Positions 13,217-31,258 are shown, counted from the first letter of the whole stretch. The stretch: DNA of 62,211 bases, filler included, from Collodictyon triciliatum (GCA_043381765.1; 5 parts of 5 records of this genome joined end to end with filler, not necessarily neighbours in it), one strand, 5' to 3'. Numbers and translations: made by a program. Notes: a model not told the origin generated them from the letters alone.

Positions 13217-13987
13217 ATATATAAAATAGAAAAGCACGAAATATAATAAAAACGAACTTAAGGATATGTTGTTGAATGAAGCAAAAAAAAAAAAAAATCG
13301 TGGAACAAAGCGGAGAAGTGGGTAAAGGTACAAGGAGAAGCGGACTGGCTCTCCGATCAATGACTTTTCCCAACACACAGTTTGTTGTGCGATTGATCCT
13401 TCCTTCCTTCCTTCCTTCCTTCCTTCCGCCTCTGTGCGCTGTGCTGTTCTTGCATCTCCCATTCTGATGCGAAACACATAATATTCGACTGAAGACCACA
13501 TCCACATGTGGAATTTAAAAATAATTTCACCACGGGATGTTTTCTATCGGCAGCAATTGCAATACAGCAACAGAGCCGGACGGGGTGACGTGGCAGTCGG
13601 AGCTTCTGAGAATCGAGCGAGAATAGGTTTGATGGACAAAAGGCCAAACGTTGGCAAAGTATCGTACGGTGCATCGACGCCGATAACAAGGCTATGGAAC
13701 TCACATTACCTGATTTAAGGGCCACATCGCTATTGCCTGTTATTTTCCACAAGCAGAGGCCGAGCGCAGTGTCCTTGTGGTGTTTTATTTTATTATATTT
13801 TCTTTCTCTTTTCTTTTCATGTGACTTGGCAAACAAGAGATGAGTGAGGAGTAGATTGAAAGTCATTTAGGGCCAGAAGAAGCAGAAGGGGGAGTTGAAT
13901 CGACGTTGATTTTTGCTTGGTCTTCATTTGCCACGTACTTTTATGAGGGACTTTGTCACTGATCTTAAATTACGTCGGCTAGTCTCC
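13072..13987. promoter_or_regulatory. Divergent intergenic region between LSG1 and MDM12 (putative bidirectional promoter)
   Basis: Head-to-head ATGs about 0.9 kb apart; long poly-A at 13132-13213; GC-richer core near 13500-13770. Function is inferred from position only. Confidence 0.45.
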
Positions 13988-15407
13988 ATGGCACTCAAGT
14001 TCAACTGGCCTGTGATTCAGTCATTGGAAGAAAACCTCATACACACACTGAATGAGAAACTGGCGGCAGTGGAGAAGCCAGACTTTATCGGGGATCTAGT
14101 GATTCAGGAGATATCGTTTGGTAATAAAGTTCCTGACGTAGAAATCTTGGATATAAAGCTGGTTTGTTTGATTGCGTACATGAACTATCTTTTAAAGTAG
14201 CGTATGGCACGGGTGCGAATATGCTTTTGTGACTCGAGTCAAATACATAAAAAAGCATGATTATTGTTATTTTGCATAAACATCTTTCCGTTAATTCGTA
14301 GCATAATCATGAAATTATATCGTGATAGGTTTTTAATTTCTCTTTCTTTCCTATTGTTGTTGTGTATTGTTGTACTTTCCTTTTGTCTTTAAATCTTTTT
14401 TGATGCCTTTATCCAGAATGAAGAAGCATCTGGAAACGGGGCTGGAAGTTACTCTTATGCACCTGGCCAAGCGGTAAATACCGGCAAAAAGTCTCGACAT
14501 GAACTTCTGACGGCCAAAAAAGCCATGGAGATTGGCATTCAAACCACTGTTCGTGTACTTTACAACGGAGACGCACGATTTAAAATAGCCACAGAGCTCC
14601 GTATCAACAAACCACTACCCAACTTTATTGTCTTCCCACTCACCTTGGCGGTGTTCAATTTCTCCTTCAATGGTATGTAGGATCTAGATTCCGCAACCCA
14701 AGATCAAGACGATCATATTATGCGCCCTTTTAATGGCTTTTTCGTAGTAGGTTCTGCGCAGACTTTTTTTTCCCTTATTCGAAGGTTCTGCGCAGACTTA
14801 TTATTGAAAGCACAAGAAAGAAAACAAACGAAATATTCATCATTAGTTCTAATTAATGCTTTGGTTTGAAATAGCACAACTTGAAATAATATCTACATCT
14901 TCTGCTATCGATATTATATGCAACACATTGCTAGGACAAAACAGTTCCCTAGGTAACTTACCAAAAAAATTTATATGGTTGAATTAGACTTAATTAGCAT
15001 CATATGATGAAGATGTGTAGTCAGTTCAGTTTTTTTTTCGAATCGCGCATAATGCAGACGATTATGCATCACTCAAGTGATACCTTACCCAAAAGAAACA
15101 TCTGATATTAATACTTTTTTTTTTTGAAAATATATCATAGCCTTTCTTTTCTCATCAATTTCATGTAGTTTCAGGCTAAACTTGATCTAATTCCAAGATT
15201 GTATTAGGCCCTGATATACTCAACTTCCGAGTACAAGCAGAACTTGGTGAAGATGGAGAGAAGCTGCCTCAGGGCGTGGAAAATATCGAGAAGTTTGTCC
15301 TTGAGCAACTGAAGCAAATTCTCACCAGCCGGTTCACAATACCTCTTAACAAGCCGACCCTCAAGATTTCATCAGACCCACCACTCCAGAAGATAGCCTC
15401 CTCTTAG
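13988..15407 (+). CDS. MDM12: ERMES SMP-domain subunit Mdm12-like, 4 exons
   Basis: MALKFNW...KPDFIGDLVIQEISFGNKVPDVEILDI; YNGDARFKIATELRINKPLPNFIVFPLTLAV; FRVQAELGEDG...VENIEKFVLEQLKQIL. No TM segment, which favours Mdm12 over Mmm1. Stop TAG at 15405-15407. Confidence 0.8.
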
Positions 15408-15496
15408 CTCAAATACGATACGCATCACGGTTGCAACACATTCTTTGATCTTGTTTCACCGCCTTATCATTTCCCCCGTAAACCTCCTCTTAACCA

Positions 15497-15627
15497 AAAC
15501 ATCAAAGCATCAAAATGTAAAAACATCAAAACATCAAAACATCAAAACATCAAAACATCAAAACATCAAAACATCAAAACATCAAAACATCAAAACATCA
15601 AAACATCAAAACATCAAAACATCAAAA
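15497..15627. repeat. (AAAACATC)n octamer tandem repeat downstream of MDM12
   Basis: About 16 units, near perfect. Confidence 0.95.
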
Positions 15628-15739
15628 TGTAAAAGATGAACAAAACGACCAACACGGTCCAAATAATTGGGTCTGTTTGTGCAGTTTGATTTATTAGACT
15701 TTCAGTTAGCATCTGGCGCATGAGTTGTTGAACAGAAAA

Positions 15740-15839
15740 NNNNNNNNNNNNNNNNNNNNNNNNNNNNNNNNNNNNNNNNNNNNTTAATTAATTAANNNNN
15801 NNNNNNNNNNNNNNNNNNNNNNNNNNNNNNNNNNNNNNN
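15740..15839. other. Artificial contig spacer with TTAATTAATTAA (15784-15795)
   Basis: Same 100-nt spacer design as at 9715. Confidence 0.95.
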
Positions 15840-16307
15840 TTTTCTTTTTCTTGTTTCTTTTTTTGTTTCTTTTTTTGTTTCTTTTTTGTTTCTTTTTTTG
15901 TTTCTTTTTTTATTTCTTTTTTATTTCTTTTTTATTTCTTTTTTTATTTCTTTTTTGTTTCTTTTTTGTTTCTTTTTTGTTTCTTTTTGTTTCTTTTTTG
16001 TTTCTTTTCTTGTTTCTTTTCTTGTTTCTTTTCTTGTTTCTTTTTCTTTTCATTACAAAAAAATTGCCAATGCGAAAATTTTTCATTTTTTTTTTGTTTA
16101 TATTGAACTGGCAACTTGTTTTGCATGTAAATTTTAGGACTTGGTTTGGAGGACAATGGCTCTGTGATATTCATTCGGACTTGTATATTGGTCGATAGGG
16201 TACGAACATGACACTAATATCTTATCACATCAAAAAGGAAAAGTTGCATTCTACACTATGCATTATGTATTTTTCCTGTTAAAATATCAATTAAACCATA
16301 CTTTTAG

Positions 16308-19300
16308 ATGAAGAGCATACGAAACGAATCCAAGGGAAAACGATTCAAAAAGTGGTTACCAGCACCCCGAAAATATATGACCTCTAAGCCACTTGACTTA
16401 ATCATATATGACGAACGCGTTATTCGCATATTTTTGTCCTCTACCTTCCGGGATATGCAGAATGAAAGAGACCAATTTTTCCAACACGGGGCTGTAGAGT
16501 AAATACTTCACATGGTTGAAATTATCATTTCATCTCATACTCTAAACTGTCAACATGTTGATATAGGTTGAAAAAAATAGCCAAATCGAATGGGTTTGAG
16601 CTCGTTTTTATTGATTTACGATGGGGGCTTACGTCGAAAGATAGTAATGAGGGCTGGGTAAACGCACGATTATTTTTCTTGAGAAGCCGTTGCGGTGTTT
16701 CTGAACTATTTGAAACATGTAAGGTTGTTATTCGATGCCTGGACTCTATATCCAAATGCCCATATTTTGTGTGTTCCCTGGGCGCACGCTACGGATGGAT
16801 ACCAGATCAGAGGAAGACTGAGCTCAATATATCGGAGAGGCTCATTGAACTCCAGAAGGAGAAGCATAACGCAACTGTTGATGATATATTCATAGAATGG
16901 AGAGCAGAGACTACGATTCGATTTCCTTTCATTGAGCTCATCCCGGGGCTGAGTGTCACCGAATATGAAGTATTTTTGATCAAATTACCTCCTATTTAAT
17001 ATTATACAGGTCATCCCCAGAACCGAATCTTAATACTGAACATAATTCGCACACATAGATCCAGTTTGCTGCCTTAATATCCAAACCGGCATGCAGCAGG
17101 GTTTTCTTTTATTTCAGAGATACTGAATTTGCCCTATCAAACGCGAAATCTGATGCCGAAAGGATATTGTTTCAAGCAGAGAATGAAGAATCCGTACGTT
17201 TCAGAGGGCGCCATTAGCTTTGCCACTTTTTTTTTCAAAAAATAAATTGCCATACTGCACTAACTAATGCTATTTGATTTTTTAGAGGAAGAGGCAAGAA
17301 AACCTAAAGGATAGAATCAAGAAAATGTACGGCTACGTCACGTATCAAAGACCAAAAGATTTTTCTGACCTTGTGGCGTACCACTTGGCTTGTGCATTCA
17401 AGAAGGATTTCTCTAACATAGTTGTAATTATTTTTATTTTATGGTTATGATAATTATTATGATTCTATTGATATTCATATACTTTTTCATGGGAATTCTT
17501 GATATTTCTATTTATCCATTTGAAGTTACATCTGAATTATAATTGCAAAGGAGAGAGATCCTGAAGACCAAGCCCAACACCAATTTATGATGCACAGACT
17601 TACCGGATTTGCTGGACGCCAGGATCTCATCAGAACCTTAAATGAGAAGGTATGAGGTTCTCATTCAATATTCCGACATAATTGAGTTGATTCAGGTGTT
17701 TTTTAAGAAAAAGTACATATCATATAAATCCTTTGACATGTGCATCATACATGCCAAGATTTGGTCCCGTTTGATGGGCTATTCCTCAAATGTTCTTGTC
17801 TTGGCTGCCCCCTCCGGCATTGGAAAATCGTCTCTAATAGCAGCTACAATAAAGCGACTTTCTGATTTGAATATTCCTGAATTAAAAACAATTTATCACT
17901 TTGTCAGCTGTACAAGCGCTAGTAACTACTTGGAATGGTAGATTCGTAATATTCAAACATCGGATACTAGTGTTTTTATCCAATATATCTAAATATCATC
18001 ACTGATTCAATATGTACACATTTATGTAAAGTATATCTTCAAGATTCTGGAAATTGGCTTTGAGCATTCTTGGGATAGTGAATGATTCAGATGGGGAAAC
18101 CTTGGGTATTTGCGCTACATAAAAATAATCTGATTTTCAATCAGGAGATAGTGATTAATTATGCATTAACCGATAACAAAATTCCTGAATAGAAAATGAG
18201 AAAAGCAGCCTACATGGACTCTTCAATATGATCGAAAAACAAGAGATGTACTTGAATATTTAACATACGAATTACCCACTTTATAATTAAACATATTCTA
18301 AAAGCATACTCATTAGGGTACAGAAAATTGTTTTCATAATTGATGCGGTCAATCAAATTCTGCCTTCTAAAGAAAACCCAGCTCCTCATTTGCTGAAATG
18401 GATGCCGAAAGTAACACCTAAAAACACTGCGCTTGTCGTATCTACTATTGACTCCCACCCGTCATATCAGGTTCGCACTTCAATAATAATCAACGATATG
18501 AATTAGCACATACACGCGTTTGGAAAAAAAATATTTTCTTGCTAACGAATATTTTTTTGCCTATAATGTATTGCAGTCAATAATTAAATGTGGGTCGGAT
18601 GTCGTTCCGATATGTGGCCTCAGCTTAGATGAGATTAGAGAGAGCACAGAGATATATCTCCAACGATTTGATAAAACAATGAGTGAAAAGCAAATGAGAT
18701 TGATTTTGGAGGACTCAAAAGATACAGGTTACATGTTGATGTTATAGCCGACTTTCCCTTTATTTTTTCCTGCCAAAAAATCAACCAAAAGATAACTAAT
18801 TGAAAACCAGTAAATTATTTAAAATGAAAAACTAAAGTTTATAATTTAATTTACTATGTGAAAATTGCTTACTAATCCACGAATTATTTCCGTCCAATTT
18901 TATTAAAATTATCTTTTCGTAAAACCGGCCAGCCCATCCACTTTATTTGAGAGTTGTTTTGGATGAGATACGAATTTATGGTGTCTACGAAAGAATTGAA
19001 TCAGAACTCAGCTGCTTATTAATGACCAATGGTGTTGTAGAACTTTTCTCATTAGTCATAAAGCGATGGCAGGAAAAGTACAATAGGGAAGGTAGAGCCA
19101 AAAGAACAAACACATAACCAGATAAGGATATTTTGTTGTTTTGGATTAACCCATGTCAAAACTTCCCTTTTTTTATTATTATTTTATTTTCACAATCCTG
19201 TCTTTTGGTACCCACATTTAGATTGCGCGATAGTGGACTCTTCCATGAAGGTTTTGTTCGTTTCGAGGATTGGATTGAGTGAACGAGATCTGGATAACTA

Positions 19301-22300
19301 TTTAGAGTTTGTTCTTGGGAATAATTTTGATGTTTCTGAATGGTATAGATAGTTCATCCAAAATAAACATCCCGATAAAAATATGTGCAATAGAGTTTAA
19401 TTTTGCGGTAGCTACTCATCAACAGTTCTGATAGCACCATTTTTTAAAATAAAGGAAATCATTCTTTTTCACCCTGATCGAGTCTCTCTTCGTGAGAAAT
19501 GGAAGGTTTTTTTTTATCATTTTTTCGAAAGAGATTGCCCGCGCTATTGTAGTATTCCTTTTGATAAAATTCTGTCGATCCATATTCTTTGAAAAACTTC
19601 CATGCTGTAATTAGATACATGTTTTTTCATCTTCTCCTTCTGGAGGCAACCGGTGGTTACTTCTTCCCTGATAAGGAAAGCAAGGCTGAGACCCATAGCA
19701 CTTATGGAAAGTGGCTTCTTAGCAATTACTCGGAATCTACTGATGTAGAGGAAGAAACAGCTGCGGAAATTTGTTTTCAGCTCCTTTCTGGAGAAAACTA
19801 TGAGCTATTGGTGGAATATTTAAAGCAGGAGCACGTAATAAATTTTACATGATTTTTTAATTTGTACGCTCCTTTTTTTTTCTTTACAAATGTGATATTA
19901 TACATAAACCTGATGAAGTATGCTAAATATTTTTAAAAAACTTTGTTAATTTTCCGAGGCAATATTACTCTAGCATTGGAATGATTTCATCCACTCTCCT
20001 GATTATTTAACACGAGGTTAGGTTGTTGTACTTATGCTCAACAGTCGCTACCGATACGAATTTTTCAAATGCTGGAGAATAATCAACGAGAAGAAAGTGG
20101 ATGATTATAGAGCCGTGTACAAAGATTATGCTAGAGTATAACGATTTCTATAAAGGATTACTACAAACGTACCTTTTTTTTTTTTTTTACCTCTCCTCTT
20201 TCAACTAACGGAACATTCAGTCATTGAAAAAAATAGGAGACATACTCGTAGAATTCTTTTTTGAAAACCATGAAAATTCCTATTTGGTTCCAGTTTTACT
20301 ACAACGATGCTCCAAAAAGAAATCAGAAGGTTTTACATCGATTTCAAAAACTTTCGGCATCCTATTCTATATTTCATTCAGTAGAAATGTATTTTCTAAC
20401 AAAAAGTACAACTTTAGAATCAAAACTTGCCGATTATCTTACATTGGGTCGAATCTACAAAAATATGCAAAAGTATAACCACTGTAATAGTTACTAAAAA
20501 AAAAAAATTCAATACAAACATCGAAACGATAATATGATTGTAATCAAACTAATCAATATATCTTGTGCTGCAGTTGGAGAGAGGCCAACATCTACTTTGG
20601 AAAATGCCTTGCAATCAGGGAGCAATATAAAATTCAAAATCAGGATAGCCTCTCTTTTTTATATGATGAAATTGGGTGTATCTATCAGTATGAAAATAGG
20701 TTAGGGCTCATATATTACAATTCCATTTAATTTTTCTTAGTTTAAGTTGGTTAGAAAAACTTTGGAATGAATGCCAGGACTTTATTCCTGTAGAATCGAA
20801 GAGGCATTGTCAGAATACAAAAAATCGTATGATCTTCGTATGAAACTTGGCCATGAAAGTGAATTACCCATCGCTGTTTCTTTTGATCGATTCGGTGATA
20901 TATATTTGAAAAGAAAAATGTAATTTGCTACAAATTTAAAACATATCTATGCTTTTGTTATACATGCCCCATGAGATTCTTTTCCATCCATAAGTGTAAA
21001 CTTTGCTTTAGGTATGATGCAGCAATCTCAGAATATCAGAAAGGAATGGACATCCGGACCAAGGAAGTTGGTCCTGAACATCCCCTCGTTGCTCTATCTC
21101 TTCAAAATATTGGACAAGTATTTCTTGAACAGAGGAGGTTAAAAAATTGAATTGGATTGGTTGAATTTTAAACTTTACTTATTCTTTCGAGTAATAATCG
21201 ATTTCTATGTAGTTTTGAAGATTCAAGATTTTACCATGATAAGGCAATTTTGATTTTGGAGAAATCATTCGGAAAGAAGCACCCCTCAGTCGCAGAGGCA
21301 CTCTTGCTCATCTCAAAATTACATTTAGCTGACCAAATGTATTAGATTTTACAATTGTTTTTTTTTCCTTTATTCGATTCAAAGTAGATTTTACAATTGT
21401 AATGCAAAATATGGTGTGTGTATGAAAAAAATTCAATAAGGGGTGGAAAAGAAGATAGAATATGATGATATACTCTAATTATCTTGGAAATTTATTACTT
21501 GATAGGTACAACACCAGCGTACCTTTGCTTGTTGATGCAATTGCAATATTCATTGAAACCATTGGCGAAATTCATCCCAGAGTTGCTGAATGCTATGAAT
21601 TACTTGGAAATATTTATCATGGACAAAAAGAGTATGTCTTTATTTAGAGCCTCGAAAAAGAAATTTAATAAAACTAGTATTATTTTTTAAAAAGTTATCA
21701 AGCTTCCCTGGCTGCATTCATCAGAACTATGGAAATTAAAAAAATCATTCTTGGTAACAAGCATCCTGATTATGCCGCTTCTGTAGAAGATGTTGGTCGA
21801 ACTTATTTTGAAATTCAAAGGTGACAATTAGTTAATAGATATTTTTCTCTTATTTCTCTTTTTCTTTTTCTTTTTCTTTTTTTCTTTTTTCTTTTTCTTT
21901 TTTCTTTTCTTTTTTCTTTTCTTTTTTCTTTTCTTTTTTCTTTTTCTTTTTTCTTTTTCTTTTTTCTTTTTCTTTTTTCTTTTTTCTTTTTTCTTTTTTC
22001 TTTTTTCTTTTTTCTTTTTTCTTTTTTCTTTTTTCNNNNNNNNNNNNNNNNNNNNNNNNNNNNNNNNNNNNNNNNNNNNNNNNNNNNNNNNNNNNNNNNN
22101 NNNNNNNNNNNNNNNNNNNNNNNNNNNNNNNNNNNTTTTCTCTTTTTTTTTTCTCTTTTTTTTTCTCTTTTTTTTCTCTTTTTTCTCTTTTTTCTCTTTT
22201 TTCTCTTTTTTCTCTTTTTTTCTCTTTTTTTCTCTTTTCTTCTCTTTTTTTCTCTTTTTTTCTCTTTTTTCTCTTTTTTCTCTTTTTTCTCTTTTTTTCT

Positions 22301-24688
22301 CTTTTTTTCTCTTTTTTTCTCTTTTTTCTCTTTTTTTATCTCTTTTTTCTTTTTCTTTTTCTTTTTCTTTTTCTCGTGTTTACACGTAATGCTGCCTATT
22401 ATCGTGCACACTCGAAAATAGATATGTCTCATACCAATACATTATTAGCCTGCAATATTCATATATTTCCTCTGTATGATGTTTAAATATCATTTGGTAT
22501 ATAGCTTCACTCATGCAGTCAGCAGTTTTCAAGAAGCAACAATCATAAGAGAGGAGACAAAGACTTTAACATCAATGGCAGATACCAATCAAATTGAAAA
22601 CATCCTTCGACTTCTTACAGAAAAGAATATATTTAACCCAGCACTTGTTTTATACAAGTCTCTGATTGAGCATTTCAAGATTAAAAACTCTTTGAATTAC
22701 CATGGTGTTTGGAATTCTTGTGAAAAAATTAATGCTATTTATGATAGAAATCAGATGCACGACGAAGCCATATCATTTTGGGTGGAAATGAGGGATCAAT
22801 TTACAGAGAAACTTGGATTGACTCATCCAAGAACTCTTAATTCGTGTGAATATCTGTCATATCACTCTAAGAAAATAAATGTAAATATGGAACCTATTCA
22901 ATTTACTTGCGTACAAAAATTTATCGCTGAACATGTACATGATGCGGATGTGGATGTTGGCTGGTCTGAAGAGAAAACAACTGCGGGCTTATTCAAAATA
23001 GTATATATGTCAAGGAGAAACGAATCAAAGGCAAAAGCTGCGTCTTACGCAATTACCTTTCTTAATTTCATGGACCAATCATTCTTTGGAATGGACTTAT
23101 CCAACATTCAAATACAAAATGCAAACCTTTGTAACTCAAACATTGATGGAACTAACTTCATCGGCGCAAACTTGAGCGGAGTTAACTTTGCAGACGCATA
23201 CCTTGGGGACTGTGTTTTCAACAACGCTATCATGGATGGTGTGAAGTTCGGGTTGCGCAGAAAAGAACTCAAAGGCCACAGAAATCACGTTTTCAAGATT
23301 TGTGAACTTCCAGGGCCCAAAGGAGAAAACTGGGTGGCAACTTGCGGTTATGACAAGACTATTCGCGTGTGGGATTTAGTTGTTGGGAAGGAAATAAAGT
23401 TACTAGAGGGCCATGAGGACTATGTTATAGCTATTGTATGTACGGAAGGACCCAACGGAGATTATTGGTTGCTGTCTGGAGGTGGTGACAGAGTTGTCAT
23501 TGTGTGGGACTTAATATCTGGGAATGAAATAAAAAGGCTAGATGGGCACGCAAACACGATATATTGTCTAGCAATTATTCAGGGACCTGGTGGTGAAAAA
23601 TGGCTCGCCTCCGGAAGTGGAGACAACACTATTCGAATCTGGGATATGGCCAACTTTTGTCATATCAAGACACTTAGAGGACACTTAGATTATGTTAGAA
23701 GCGTATGTGCCGTAATTAGGCCCGATGGAAGTCCGTGGCTAGCCTCTGGAGGCGATGATTCTGTTATTAACATATGGGATATGTCAACCTCTGAACGGCC
23801 TCATGAATTAAAAGGCCATTCTGCAAGTGTCACATGCCTTTGTACCCTGAACAAACCTGACGGGGAAGCCCTATTGGTCTCAGGAAGCAGTGATAGGACA
23901 ATACGTATTTGGAATCTAGAGACGCAAAGCCAGATTTTAAAGCTGGAAGGCCATACAAACTACATATGGAGCATATGCACCATCGCAGGACCGCATGGAG
24001 AAAATTGGTTGGCGTCTGGGAGCAGCGACAAGACAGTTTGTATATGGGACCTTACTAATGGGAATCAAGTTAAAGTTTTGAAAGGGCATATCGATGGTGT
24101 TTGGAGTGTTTGTAATGTGCGCATGCGACATGGAGATATCTGGTTGGTGTCTGCAGGTAACGACGGTGTCATTCGCTTATGGGATATCTTCAACGATGAG
24201 CAGACAATATTAAATCAGGAACTTAGGCAAAGGATGAAAAGTGTGGATGAATCGGTTGCAAGTGAAAGTTCAGAGGTGCAATCTACAAGAAGGATCACAA
24301 AGACATACTCTAGTAGAGTAGAATGTGGCCATGTGCAAATCCGAAGCACTGTGGGTTTGAGTTGGTATGACAAGATGCTTCTGCTTTCGATTGGAGCTGT
24401 TTCATTCGACAGTGACTTCATTGCGTACTGTGAATCTGGAGAACTGACCGGGTTTCAAATAGACATGGTCATAAAATGCTACGAGAATGGATGGGGTGTT
24501 GGGATTGACCTGGAGAAGGCAGCGTACTGGGCCAAGAGGAAACAGCTCCTGGTATGCATTTTGCTACGCAGCAAGACAGAACTAAGCTATTTATTTCTAT
24601 ATATATGAATGGAATACGGGAATGGATATTCATAGGCGCCGACATTTTAATTGACTTGAACATTTTGCAGGGATCCAGTGAAGGCTGA
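16308..24688 (+). CDS. NLR-like STAND protein: DUF4062 - NACHT-type P-loop NTPase - TPR array - pentapeptide repeats - 7x WD40 - SEL1-like tail (more than 20 exons; true start and last exon uncertain)
   Basis: DUF4062 motifs IRIFLSSTFRDMQNERD, FIDLRWG, LGARYGWIP and LSVTEYEI. Walker A APSGIGKSSL and Walker B VFIIDAVNQ, then HPLYLRVVLDEIRIYG. TPRs of the GxxHPxVA type. Pentapeptide tract AASYAITFL...MDLSNIQIQNANLCNSNIDGTNFIGANLSGVNFADAYL. Seven GH...WD/WN repeats. Tail CYENGWGVGIDLEKAAYW. Confidence 0.88.
21855..22375. repeat. (TTTTTC)-type polypyrimidine tract with 100-N gap (22036-22135), in the intron between the TPR exons and the WD40 exon
   Basis: Low-complexity T/C tract on both sides of the gap. 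Confidence 0.95.
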
Positions 24689-25274
24689 CGAGAAAAGAAA
24701 AGCATCACCGCTGCTGTTGGCTGCGGACTCTGCTGCGCGGCAATCCCAAAAGCAAAAAGATAACAACCGCATGACCAGGAACTAAAATAAATCAGTTTTT
24801 TTGAAAAGCCTGACTTCACGAAATACTTTAAATGAGTGTGCTGTAGTGTCTGCTCCAAATATATTGGCCCATCGTTCAATAGGGAAGACAATGTTTCGAC
24901 GCAGCAGCAAATGAAAGAGAGGAAAGATAAGCGCAGGAGGTTTTTGTAGCACAGACGCTTGTTCATCTAATTGTGGAAAATAAATATAAATATATAATTT
25001 ATTGAATTGAACATGAGTTTTGTACTAGATACTATATTTTGCACTTAAAATTATAGTATTATATGTTTAGAGATACCCATGTTTATAAATATTCAAACCT
25101 GAATCTTTGTCCTTGAGAATCAACCACTATGCGCGATAGCAACCCATCTTTCTCGCTTGGCTGCTGTTGCAGTGGAATCGAGTCTGTCTCAAAGCAAAAG
25201 TAACGCTGTTTCAACAGCAAAGCGTAGGAGAGCAGCAACACAGGAATCTTCGGACCAAGAGAGAGCCTTGAGCT

Positions 25275-30869
<5,595 letters not shown>

Positions 30870-30967
30870 GTAATTTAAGTCGTGTATCATATTCTACGAA
30901 GGGGTCTGTTTGGTGCTACAACTTCATATCACAATAACAAGAAATTCATCCCTTTTTTTATTTTTAT

Positions 30968-31258
30968 TATTTTATTTTATTTTATTTTATTTTATTTTAT
31001 TTTATTTTATTTTATTTTATTTTATTTTATTTTATTTTATTTTATTTTATTTTATTTTATTNNNNNNNNNNNNNNNNNNNNNNNNNNNNNNNNNNNNNNN
31101 NNNNNTTAATTAATTAANNNNNNNNNNNNNNNNNNNNNNNNNNNNNNNNNNNNNNNNNNNNAGTGAAAGAGTAAAAGAGTAAAAGAGTAAAAGAGTAAAA
31201 GAGTAAAAGAGTAAAAGAGTAAAAGAGTAAAAGAGTAAAAGAGTAAAAGAGTAAAAGA
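30968..31258. repeat. (TTTTA)n and (AAAAGAGT)n microsatellites flanking the contig spacer 31062-31161
   Basis: Tandem units either side of N-TTAATTAATTAA-N (linker at 31106-31117). Confidence 0.95.

Noticed and set aside
14750-14799. Direct repeat AGGTTCTGCGCAGACTT in an MDM12 intron (similar short duplications at 21343/21385, 34866-34900 and 35126/35168)
   Set aside because: These are consistent with local slippage duplications, with no mobile-element hallmarks.
15497-15627. (AAAACATC)n or the 15-mer at 9588-9714 as telomeric repeats
   Set aside because: Neither has a G-rich telomere-type unit, and both are among many different microsatellites in this genome.
21815-22432. Poly-K/E/F/I ORFs in the ORF track (also 7553-7913, 33826-34390, 47490-47927, 57445-58110)
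   Set aside because: They are translations of intronic microsatellites and N gaps.
24469-24966. 165-aa minus-strand ORF overlapping the 3' end of the NLR-like gene
   Set aside because: It has no recognisable motif and is partly antisense to a real exon. The region may instead hold an alternative last exon or 3' UTR, which cannot be resolved without transcripts.
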